From Bdellovibrionota bacterium (lineage in GTDB: Bacteria; Bdellovibrionota_C; UBA2361; OMII01), in the NCBI GenBank assembly GCA_044345405.1, contig JBIJBE010000015.1:13855-77854 (forward strand): DNA of 64,000 nt. Reading direction: 5' to 3'. This document shows, piece after piece, positions 55,751-64,000 of the stretch. The translations under genes were made by a program, and so were the position numbers. Position 1 is the stretch's first letter, and each line of letters opens with the position of its first letter. The notes beneath the pieces were generated by a model, which saw only the letters and a list, made by a program, of their open reading frames with translations, had not been told where the DNA came from and did no database searches.

Positions 55751-56371
55751 TTAACGCTCCTCACTCCCCCTCGTCTGTCCCCCAAACTGACTACGACCGA
55801 AAACTAAAGCGCTCGACGCTCGACCAACTGAGAGCCCCGCGGCGAAGCTCGTTGTCCCAAAGGCCGAATTGAGGATGTCCGCCGACTCCGCTCGCAACGC
55901 GAGGGTCATCGAACGAATGGAGAGAAGACGACGAGAGTTCGGAATCGGCAAGGTCAAGGTTGGAAGGGTTACATCAAAGACAGGTTGGCGAGAGACCACC
56001 GAGTCATTCACGATGACCTGGGCGGTAATTACGGGGGCAGCTCCGGTCGTGTCGAGGATGAAGTTAGAGAACCGGACGAATACGGGACTCCGTCCGAAGC
56101 GGATACCGCCAGAATGCTCGATCTCTCCGCGCGCGTCGGCTCTATCAAGAATTCCCTCAACGACCGGCGAAACTATGGAGCCTCGGCGGACTGTGGATTC
56201 CTCGACCTTTGATACCGCGATATTCAACGAGGAAAGCGTAGTCGTAAAGGGAGCCGTGAGTCGAACGGTTGTCGCTCCACCACCTACCGAGGCGGTCGGC
56301 GCGGCTACCGCGGCTGAGAGGGTGTGAAAGACGGTGACGATAGTTAGAGCAAGCGGCGCGAACATTCTCAT
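55751..56371 (-). CDS. Secreted beta-rich hypothetical protein (possibly HtaA-like)
   Basis: Signal peptide; GG.TTV.L, GEIEHSGGI.F, NFILDT, LN.AF pattern. Confidence 0.6.
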   Translation of the reverse strand: MRMFAPLALTIVTVFHTLSAAVAAPTASVGGGATTVRLTAPFTTTLSSLNIAVSKVEESTVRRGSIVSPVVEGILDRADARGEIEHSGGIRFGRSPVFVRFSNFILDTTGAAPVITAQVIVNDSVVSRQPVFDVTLPTLTLPIPNSRRLLSIRSMTLALRAESADILNSAFGTTSFAAGLSVGRASSALVFGRSQFGGQTRGSEER

Positions 56372-56688
56372 AGATATTCTCCAATGAAAATGAAAGCACC
56401 TTAGTGAGCTTCCCTGAACGTGGATATGTTAGGGCCCATGAGAGACGATTCGCTCTGACCTCCGTACGGGGACCAAACGTTCAACGCGTGCCACGGCATT
56501 GGCGTTCACACTGTATAAGCAACTTCCTTCTATTTCTTCCCTACGCAAAACCCTGAGGAAACTGGCGACCCAACCTACAAATCGACCACAACGGGCCTTC
56601 TTTACCCTGGTCACGCCCGGTGGGATTGTTTCCACAGCCTCAACGCTGCACAATAGTGGTAAGGAACCCATTCTCCCTCAGGAATACT

Positions 56689-57018
56689 ATGAGCCAATTG
56701 GTGTACAACATAACGATAGCCGTTTCGGAGGATATCCGTGACGAGTGGCTTGAGTGGATGCGGGAGGTCCAGATTCCTAAAGTGCTTGAGACCGGTCTCT
56801 TTACCTCCGCTCGATTGATGCGGGTGCACGCCTTCGAGCGGGATGCCCTCACCTACTCGGTTCAGTACCTCAGCGAGAACCGGGAAAATTACGAGCAGTA
56901 CCAACGGGAATTCGCTCCCGCGATCGACGGGCGCCATCAGCAGAGATTTGGTGAAGGCGCGACGACCTTCTCGACAGTGCTTGAGGTTCTTGAAAATTTC
57001 GAGCGCGCGACTCATTAG
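56689..57018 (+). CDS. DUF4286 family protein
   Basis: VYNIT..V...I..EWLEWM....IP.VL.TG.F, TYSVQY, Y....AP, F.T.LE. Confidence 0.85.
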   Translation: MSQLVYNITIAVSEDIRDEWLEWMREVQIPKVLETGLFTSARLMRVHAFERDALTYSVQYLSENRENYEQYQREFAPAIDGRHQQRFGEGATTFSTVLEVLENFERATH

Positions 57019-57024
57019 CGCGTC

Positions 57025-57264
57025 TCAAACGCCTTTGATAGTTGGGATATACTCGAGGATATCATCATCCTGGCTTTGACACCCGACCACTTCAACCAGT
57101 ACCGGCACCGTTCGTTGTCCTGAGAGGATCATCACGAGCGAGCGATCAGAGGGATTGATATCGAGTTTTTCGTAAGCGATGCCCGCCTCATCGAGCGCTC
57201 GCTCGGCGCGAACACAGTAGGGACATCCTTCAATCCGGAGCAGTAGGCGACGCTTTGATGACAT
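57025..57264 (-). CDS. Glutaredoxin-like protein
   Basis: CPYC, SGQRTVPVL, DDILEY. Confidence 0.9.
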   Translation of the reverse strand: MSSKRRLLLRIEGCPYCVRAERALDEAGIAYEKLDINPSDRSLVMILSGQRTVPVLVEVVGCQSQDDDILEYIPTIKGV

Positions 57265-57282
57265 AGGTAGATCCTCGAACGA

Positions 57283-58584
57283 CTATCTCTTAGAAGTGAT
57301 TTTACCGAGAAGTAACCACATCGGAACCAGAGTGACGAGAGGTAACGCCGCGAAAAAGTAAAAATACTGCGCTGTAGCCGGCGTGCCCACAACACCACTG
57401 AGGGGCCCAACGATAAGAGCCGTAACACCATTCCCCAACGCGACGGAGAGGAGATAGAAAGAGGTCATAAGTGAACGACGGGTCGTCGGCGCGCTCGTAT
57501 ACGCAAGTTCAAGTGCGGTAATCGAGACAACAACCTCGGCAGAGGTCAAAACGAAGAAGGCAATAACCTGCCACCACAAAGATGGGGAAGCTCCCGCCAT
57601 AATAAGACCCTGCGCGTAGCCCACAACGCCGAACGCGAGCGAAGCAGCGACCATACCGGTGCTGATCTTACCACGCGTCGAAAGAACACCTCGCTTGGCG
57701 AGCCACGGATACACAATCCACGTGCACACGGGAGCGAGAATAAGAATCAGGATGGGATTGAGTGCCTGTATCTGCGAGGGCAGAACCTCAAACGTTCCGA
57801 AGAGGGGCAGATTCACCGTTCGATTCATACGCTCCGCTTGAAATACCCACGACGAACCCGTTTGGTCGAAGAGTGCCCAAAAGACGGAGAGGGCGATAAA
57901 CAAGAGGAGCACCTGAAATGTAGCGAGTCGATGTTCAGCGTCCCAAAGCTCTCGAAGGTAGACCCTCCACGGTGTCGGGGGTTGCACCACGTAAAGCCCC
58001 CGCCCCTTCCAAAAGATAAAGGTCGCAAGCGCCATCAAGACTCCGGGCACACCGAAGGCGACGTTTGGGCCATACCATTCCAACAAGAGTGGCGTCGCGA
58101 GAGTCGATATGAAGGCACCAAGGTTTATCGCGATGTAGAAGAGGCTGTATCCTTCAGAGCGATGTGCCACACCCTCGTCCCGATACTGATCGCCGAGATG
58201 CGCCGACACGCACGGCTTAATTCCACCGGAACCAACCGCAATTAGAGCCAAGCCAATCCAGAGACCGAGTCGCGTGTCATCAATAGCAAGCGAGAGGTGC
58301 CCGAGGCAGTAGACGAGGGAGAGTACGATAATCGTCTTGTACTTTCCCCATACAGCGTCAGCGATAAGAGCGCCGAGTACAGGGACCACGTAATTCGCCA
58401 TCCCAAAGATATGATACCAGAAGGTCGCCTCCCCCTCGGTCATGACACTACGGGCTCCCGAACTATCCATGAGATAGGATGTCATAAAGACAACCAAGAT
58501 CGCTTTCATGCCGTAGTAGCTAAAGCGTTCGGCTGCCTCATTTCCGATAATGTAGGGGAGCCCCTTGGGATGCTTCATCGTCAT
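57283..58584 (-). CDS. POT/PTR2 family proton-dependent oligopeptide transporter
   Basis: EAAERFSYYGMK, GSGGIKPCVSA..GDQ, FY..IN.G, FWALFDQ.GS.W, E..VS.T.LE..Y..AP. Confidence 0.95.
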   Translation of the reverse strand: MTMKHPKGLPYIIGNEAAERFSYYGMKAILVVFMTSYLMDSSGARSVMTEGEATFWYHIFGMANYVVPVLGALIADAVWGKYKTIIVLSLVYCLGHLSLAIDDTRLGLWIGLALIAVGSGGIKPCVSAHLGDQYRDEGVAHRSEGYSLFYIAINLGAFISTLATPLLLEWYGPNVAFGVPGVLMALATFIFWKGRGLYVVQPPTPWRVYLRELWDAEHRLATFQVLLLFIALSVFWALFDQTGSSWVFQAERMNRTVNLPLFGTFEVLPSQIQALNPILILILAPVCTWIVYPWLAKRGVLSTRGKISTGMVAASLAFGVVGYAQGLIMAGASPSLWWQVIAFFVLTSAEVVVSITALELAYTSAPTTRRSLMTSFYLLSVALGNGVTALIVGPLSGVVGTPATAQYFYFFAALPLVTLVPMWLLLGKITSKR

Positions 58585-58691
58585 GGCTCGTGATTCTACC
58601 GCGGAGAGACCTCCTGAGACAGTACGATTCAGAATTACGTGGATTTATCAACCGACCCTTATGGAACTGCTATACTCACGGACGAAAGGGA

Positions 58692-59249
58692 ATGTCTGGT
58701 ATGAGCGAATCACAAGCCCCCGCAAGCATTTCGGCCCTCGATAGCGAGCGAATAGCGCGTTACAAAGCGCTTCGTTTGAGGGCTCTCCGTGAGCATCCTG
58801 ACGCCTTCATGGAACCGCCTGAGGCGTTCGAGGATCGTTCCGTTGAAAGTATCAACGAGCGAATGAAAGAGTCCGAAACTCGTGGAGGCTTTACGCTCGT
58901 TGCGGAGATTCCTGAGCGCGGTCTCGTTGGAACGGCCTCGCTCGGGATAGGCTTTACTCCAAAGGATTCCCATCGAGGACTCGTCTGGGGCGTGTATGTA
59001 GCGCCAGAGGCACGCGGTTTGGGAATCGCTCGACTTCTTATGAAGGAGGTCATCGAGCGTGCTTCACGCAATCCCGCATTGCGCAATATTCACCTTTCGG
59101 TCGTGCGATCGAATAACCAGGCGTTAAGCCTTTATGAATCGCTGGGATTCATGCGTTACGGAGTTGATGTCGACGCGCTGTACGTCAACGGGGAATACTT
59201 GAGCGAGGTGCTGATGGCGATGGATCTGCGGGAACCCGCGCACTCTTAG
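58692..59249 (+). CDS. GNAT family N-acetyltransferase
   Basis: LRLRAL.E.PDAF, VWGVYVAPEARG.GIA, N..A..LY.SLGF..YG. Confidence 0.9.
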   Translation: MSGMSESQAPASISALDSERIARYKALRLRALREHPDAFMEPPEAFEDRSVESINERMKESETRGGFTLVAEIPERGLVGTASLGIGFTPKDSHRGLVWGVYVAPEARGLGIARLLMKEVIERASRNPALRNIHLSVVRSNNQALSLYESLGFMRYGVDVDALYVNGEYLSEVLMAMDLREPAHS

Positions 59250-59944
59250 AGAAGGGTCTCCGATGAGTGTCTCTCTCCCTGGGCCCACACAAACTTCATT
59301 CGAAGTGTTGTCGAGCCATCATACTCACGCTGGAGGACGCAATTCGGTAAACTTGATGAATGAGGAGACCAACCATCAAGCTCGACATATTTAAGTTGCA
59401 GTTGATTCAGACCTCCCGCCTCGGCCGCCAACTTCTCCTGAATCGCCGACTGAAGAATTACCCGCGATTGGTGATGATACATAAAATCGACGATAGCGCG
59501 CTTCGAGAGCGGAGTCTTAACCGAGCATAGCGTGTGTTGCTCTATACCACCTCGACTGCGCGCCTCCTCTCGGATCGCGAAGAGCGCGTTTTCTAGGGAG
59601 CGATCTTTTAAAACTAGAGACAGCGATTCGCCCGTGATGCTCATAAGAGCCATGGCGCCATCGGCAAAGACCGCTTTGTAGAAATACAAACGGCGAGCGT
59701 CAGTGGAGTAGCCTACGGGACCGAAGACATCGTGGGGCTCAAGAACGAAAAGCGAGAGATCTGTCGCGCGAGGCCCAGCCGAAAAACCCTCTGGACGGGG
59801 AAATCGAAACTCGCGGAGAGAGTCAAAAGCGTGCCGCACTGAAGCTCCAGTTGGCTTCGTGATGTGAACCGCATCGTGTATCTCGCCTACATTCTTACCG
59901 AACATCTCGACACTGTAAGCGCGACTGGACCGCAAATAAAGCAA
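59246..59944 (-). CDS. Hypothetical protein
   Basis: About 220-230 codon ORF filling the gap; no motif recognised. Confidence 0.5.
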   Translation of the reverse strand: MLYLRSSRAYSVEMFGKNVGEIHDAVHITKPTGASVRHAFDSLREFRFPRPEGFSAGPRATDLSLFVLEPHDVFGPVGYSTDARRLYFYKAVFADGAMALMSITGESLSLVLKDRSLENALFAIREEARSRGGIEQHTLCSVKTPLSKRAIVDFMYHHQSRVILQSAIQEKLAAEAGGLNQLQLKYVELDGWSPHSSSLPNCVLQREYDGSTTLRMKFVWAQGERHSSETLL

Positions 59945-60066
59945 AAAATCACTTCAATACCCGACCGATATAAACAGGTCCTGACCTAATACGTCAGGCC
60001 GATGAAAAGTCCTCTCCGGCACATCACCCCCTAGCCTAAACATGAGGTCGTTCGTATACATGATCC

Positions 60067-60390
60067 ATGAAGGTCTCTCTCCTTTCTTTTCTTGCGGGTA
60101 TCGGGCTCTCCCTCCCCTCCACCACCCTCGCCGAAACGGTGTACGTCACCCCCTGGAGGTCAGGCGCCGACAAAAAGGTATACATCACCAACTGGAGAGA
60201 GGAGGCGAATCTGGTGGTGTACAAAACCTCTGTCAAATCCGAAGCCGCGCAGCCAGGAGTGTGGTTCTTCACTGGCTACGCCACAGACGCGGATATGAAG
60301 ATCTACTTCACGCAATGGAAGGATGAGGCGGACCTTAAAATCTATTACACGATCAATCAGGGTGAGGCGGGACCTCGGGCGGAGCCGTAG
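60067..60390 (+). CDS. Secreted DUF6150-like short-repeat protein
   Basis: Signal peptide; repeated AD.K.Y units (ADKKVY, ANLVVY, ADMKIYF, ADLKIYY) and G.WFF. Confidence 0.75.
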   Translation: MKVSLLSFLAGIGLSLPSTTLAETVYVTPWRSGADKKVYITNWREEANLVVYKTSVKSEAAQPGVWFFTGYATDADMKIYFTQWKDEADLKIYYTINQGEAGPRAEP

Positions 60391-60398
60391 CGGATCTC

Positions 60399-61061
60399 CT
60401 ACAACGAATACACGCCGTTGGCGTTCGCGACGAGAACCTCAGAGGCGTAATTAATAAAGAGCCCGCTATCCACAACGCCGATGATTGATTTGATATCGGT
60501 CTCTAATCTCTCAGGAACATCCCCGAAGGTCGCGTCGAGAATGATATTTCCACGCTCGGTGATAACCGGTCCGTGCTTGCCCGTACCGACTCTGATGACG
60601 ATCTCGCGCGCGCCGAGGGACTTCAATCCTTCCTCGGCGAGAGCGATCGCCTCCGGCACTACCTCAACGGGAATCCCGCAACCTACACCGAGGTGCTCAA
60701 CGATCTTGCTCTCATCAACAATCAACACGAACTTCTTACACCGCTTCGCGAGGATCTTCTCTTGAAGCATCGCGCCACCCTTGCCCTTGATAGCCCAGCG
60801 CGCCTTGTTAACCTGATCAGCGCCGTCGAATCCCCACGAAAGGTGTCCCCGATAGCCCGGATACATCACGATGAAACCAAGCTCCTGACATCGCCACGCG
60901 CTCTGATAGGAGGTCGGAACCACGGTGATGCGAAGGTTCTCAGCTTTTACCCGCTTGCCGATCTCGGTCAGGGCCGCGTCAACCGTAGTACCGGTACCAA
61001 CGCCGATGACATCTCCGTCTTTAACTCGCTTAGCAATCTCTTTGGCGACGATCTCTTTCAT
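60399..61061 (-). CDS. rpiA: Ribose-5-phosphate isomerase A
   Basis: IGVGTGTT, VPTS, DGADQV, IKGKGGA...EKI, PVEV, ITE.GN.ILD, GVV.SGLF. Confidence 0.95.
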   Translation of the reverse strand: MKEIVAKEIAKRVKDGDVIGVGTGTTVDAALTEIGKRVKAENLRITVVPTSYQSAWRCQELGFIVMYPGYRGHLSWGFDGADQVNKARWAIKGKGGAMLQEKILAKRCKKFVLIVDESKIVEHLGVGCGIPVEVVPEAIALAEEGLKSLGAREIVIRVGTGKHGPVITERGNIILDATFGDVPERLETDIKSIIGVVDSGLFINYASEVLVANANGVYSL

Positions 61062-61125
61062 GCGCTAACCCTACATCCCCTTGGTGCGGAAGCAAAAGCC
61101 CCCAGCTTACGTGGTGGTGTTTTTG

Positions 61126-62184
61126 TTACGCGTTCCTCGTGGTTCGATAGATCGATCGAGCTCGTGGAGCGAGTCGGAGGGCCTCCACCAGCCCAGGAAT
61201 CGAGCTCCGCTCCCTCAGAAGAACCCCCAGGATTACAACTATGTTCCGCAGGAGAACGCCGCACAGCAATGATGCGACCCCGCAGGAGAGGTCCCAATTG
61301 TTTAATTGGAGAAGGAAGCGGTTCCTCACACTTAACCGATTGAGGATAGACGGAAGCTCGGCGCGTCGCTCAGGCGTCACCACTCGAACATGGGCCGCAA
61401 CCGCGCTTGGTATGTATACGCACCGCCACCCCATCCTACCCGCTCGCCAGGATAGATCAGCATCCTCGCGATAGGCGAAAAACGCCTCATCAAAGAGACG
61501 CACACGGTTCTCTACGCCATCTCTGAGCTCTGGATAAATCCTCCAAACCGGTTCGTCCGACACGCTCGATGAAAGCACGAGCGCTGAGATACACTCTCGA
61601 GATACCAGCACACACGCGCCGGTCGCGCCGAAAACCTCCTCACTACGCTCATACGCGCCGCAATCGATCTCTCCGCTTCCTCTATCGAAGTGACGAATGG
61701 ATGGGGTGAGGATCATTCCCGCCGCATCGATGGTTTTCGAGGTAAGTGGCGAGAGATCATCCGCCGCTCTCATAAGCTTGGGAGTAACGAGACCTCGCTT
61801 GGATTCGTATGAAAGCGCCGCGACCATCTCCTCAAGACAGTTCGGGGAGAGACCCACATCAGGATTCAGTATCAGCATCGCGTCGAAAGCACCCTCAACA
61901 CACCGAGCGGCTCCCTGATTATGGGCCCCACAAAAACCCACATTAGCTCGGTTTACGTGCAGTTCGAGCCCATTCACCGCGCCAAGCTCTTGGATCCGCT
62001 TCACCGTTTCGTCCGAGGAAGCATTGTCAGTAACGCGAATAACCAGGTCGTCGCCGAGTAAAAACCCTCGCTGAGCACGAGCATGGTCGATACAGCGGGC
62101 GATAGTGTCCGCGCTATTCCAGGTCACGATGTGGATGAGAACTCGTCGCTTGGTCATAGAGATGCGGCTTCTCTCCTCGCCCAA
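61126..62184 (-). CDS. GT2 family glycosyltransferase
   Basis: IVTWNS, DNASSDET, NVGFCGAHNQG, LNPD, GATGAC, FDE.FFAYREDADL.WR. Confidence 0.92.
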   Translation of the reverse strand: MGEERSRISMTKRRVLIHIVTWNSADTIARCIDHARAQRGFLLGDDLVIRVTDNASSDETVKRIQELGAVNGLELHVNRANVGFCGAHNQGAARCVEGAFDAMLILNPDVGLSPNCLEEMVAALSYESKRGLVTPKLMRAADDLSPLTSKTIDAAGMILTPSIRHFDRGSGEIDCGAYERSEEVFGATGACVLVSRECISALVLSSSVSDEPVWRIYPELRDGVENRVRLFDEAFFAYREDADLSWRAGRMGWRCVYIPSAVAAHVRVVTPERRAELPSILNRLSVRNRFLLQLNNWDLSCGVASLLCGVLLRNIVVILGVLLRERSSIPGLVEALRLAPRARSIYRTTRNA

Positions 62185-63480
62185 CTACTTAGTACGAGCT
62201 TGTTGTTCACGCTCTTTCAAGATGGTGTCGAAGATACGTGTAAAGGTCTCGTACCCAGGGCTCGTGACTAACTTCCCATTGACCCACACGGAGGGAGTGC
62301 CCTGAAGTCCCGCCGCGGAGCCCGCCTTTATGTCCCTTAAAATGACATCCTTATATCGACCTGAGTCCATGCACTCTCGCGCGGAAGCTTCATCAATCCC
62401 GAGCTCCTTGGATCCATCGCTCAAAAGACTTTCACGTTCGAGCTCTCCCTTCTCAGCGTCACGAAGGAAGAGAACGGTATTCGCCTCCCAAAACTTCCCC
62501 TGCTCTCCGGCGCACCGGGAATAGACCGCGGCGACACACGCGAACTGGTGAAGATCGTGCTGCATCTCAGGGTTGCAGGATTTGTCGAGGGGATAGTTTT
62601 TAAACACGAAGTAATACTTCCCCTCGTACCGCTCGAGCACAGTCTTCATGAGCTCCTGCATCATCTTGCACGCGGGACACTCGTAATCAGCGAACTCAAC
62701 GATCTGAATCGGCGCGCTCCGGTCTCCCAAGGAATAATCGCCGAAGGCGCCCTTACCGACCTCAGGGGTTAAGGTGGTTACTGGAGACGCAGCCCACGCC
62801 TCTACAGGATCCCCTTCCACCATCTCTTGCGCGGCATACGACTGAAAAAGAAATTCGGGAAGCATGGCGCTCGCCACTCCACTGAGCACAACGAGGAGAG
62901 TGACAACTCGAACGCGCCACGGTTGAACTGACTCTGGAGGGGTAGCCACACCGAATACACAACCTACGAGGCGCACGCTCTCACTAATCCCCTTGTCGAG
63001 CCCTTCAACGAAACGCCCCCTCCAATTTGTCCTCCACACAACTCCCAAGATAAGGAAGTTGACGAGATAGGTACCGAGGCACATCAAGCAGAGCGCTCCG
63101 ATGAGCGCCTCCGAGACACCGAAAAGGACAACCGAGAGCAGCGAAGCGACACACGAGATCGTCAACGTGATCGATGACCATGTGTGGAGGGAGATGATTC
63201 GACCGGTCTTCGAAGCGACAAACGAACCTATAAGCAGGAGGCTGTAGAGAAAGAGTCCATACGAAGCAACGGGGAGGCCAAACAGCATCGAGTACTCACT
63301 CGTGTTGACCGCTTCACAGTTGAGATGCGCGTTGAGGTGACAGAAGCTAGGACCGGTCACGAACCCATGCGAGTACGCGACGTGTTGGTCGAGGGAGATG
63401 TACGACAACGCGAGCCCCACGAGGCTTAGAACGATCGTGATGAGGCGTGCTCTTTGTGTGCCGGTACTCTCTGCTGCCAT
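62185..63480 (-). CDS. VKOR domain fused to a DsbA-like thioredoxin domain
   Basis: VKOR loop Cys pair (SFC...NC..V..S.YS), membrane CLMC; DsbA part IVEFADYECPAC, KNYPL, CA.EQGKFW, GTPS..VNG. Confidence 0.92.
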   Translation of the reverse strand: MAAESTGTQRARLITIVLSLVGLALSYISLDQHVAYSHGFVTGPSFCHLNAHLNCEAVNTSEYSMLFGLPVASYGLFLYSLLLIGSFVASKTGRIISLHTWSSITLTISCVASLLSVVLFGVSEALIGALCLMCLGTYLVNFLILGVVWRTNWRGRFVEGLDKGISESVRLVGCVFGVATPPESVQPWRVRVVTLLVVLSGVASAMLPEFLFQSYAAQEMVEGDPVEAWAASPVTTLTPEVGKGAFGDYSLGDRSAPIQIVEFADYECPACKMMQELMKTVLERYEGKYYFVFKNYPLDKSCNPEMQHDLHQFACVAAVYSRCAGEQGKFWEANTVLFLRDAEKGELERESLLSDGSKELGIDEASARECMDSGRYKDVILRDIKAGSAAGLQGTPSVWVNGKLVTSPGYETFTRIFDTILKEREQQARTK

Positions 63481-63629
63481 AATCCCTGCGTATGCCCTCG
63501 TGAGGGCTCGTTATAGCAGGGTTTTACCCTCTTCGCACGGTGGCGACCACAGGAATCAAAGACACCCCGACTGCCGCCATATCCCCCAATAAAAACGGCG
63601 ACCGAGGTCGCCGTTTTTACCCTACCCTG

Positions 63630-63941
63630 CTAAGCCTCGCCCTCACCGAAAAGGAGTGGTGGCTTCCTGAGATGAAATCCGGATTGTTGGAGCTTAACCC
63701 AGATCTCCTGAAGGATCTCTTTGCTCTGGCTATCCAGAAGGTCGTAGATGTTGTCGAGGCTCATGATCTGCTGCATAGCGGCCATCGCGAAGATTGGAGC
63801 GGCTTGCTCCTTCAGCATCTTGTCATGGACTTCCGTGATGAATGCCTTGAGGTCAGCCTTGGTCGAGATCTTCGCGATCTCCTTCGACTCCTTACCGCCG
63901 TTGTCCTGCTCTTTGGTCTTCGCGTCTTTCTTTGCTTTCAT
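63630..63941 (-). CDS. Small hypothetical protein
   Basis: AGTAGGA RBS; 103 aa, helical, ends G..L..PPLLF. Confidence 0.65.
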   Translation of the reverse strand: MKAKKDAKTKEQDNGGKESKEIAKISTKADLKAFITEVHDKMLKEQAAPIFAMAAMQQIMSLDNIYDLLDSQSKEILQEIWVKLQQSGFHLRKPPLLFGEGEA

Positions 63942-64000
63942 AGTTCCTACTTATCAACAGGGATTATCTCTATAGCCTGATTATAACGGGTCGGATTGTC

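Noticed and set aside
1-64000. Prophage, IS element, tRNA/rRNA or defence system
   Set aside because: No integrase, transposase, phage structural, cas or restriction motifs and no cloverleaf-like sequence recognised; a covariance-model scan would be needed to exclude small RNAs.

Overview
Bacterial chromosomal window (about 55% GC, diderm) with roughly 70 genes. A DUF6178-like gene, VKOR-DsbA, a short flagellin and Flp pilins suggest a 'deltaproteobacterial'-grade lineage (inference). No rRNA, tRNA, CRISPR array, integrase or transposase was recognised. Housekeeping content: a complete hisGDCBHAF(IE) operon with a His-rich leader peptide absent from the ORF track, purEK, rnhA, infC, recQ, fumC, rpiA, Sua5, mce, ogt, an FeS-type photolyase, an ABC-F ATPase, Skp, an OprI-like lipoprotein next to an L,D-transpeptidase, and a subtilase. 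The most unusual part is the first 14 kb. It holds three orphan Flp prepilin paralogues, two with long acidic Ser/Asp/Gly tails (one a tandem array of about 18 SSWSSD/SSSSWSSD-type units), a GmaR-like GT2-TPR glycosyltransferase, a signal-peptide-less GH84 O-GlcNAcase-like gene directly behind a flagellin, and a GT25 glycosyltransferase. A sigma28-like motif, T[ACT]AAG-N15-[GT]CCGA, lies upstream of the repeat pilin, the GT25, cheY and two unknown genes. My lead hypothesis is a reversible (writer/eraser) O-glycosylation system for surface filaments. All family calls come from motif recognition by eye; no searches were run.
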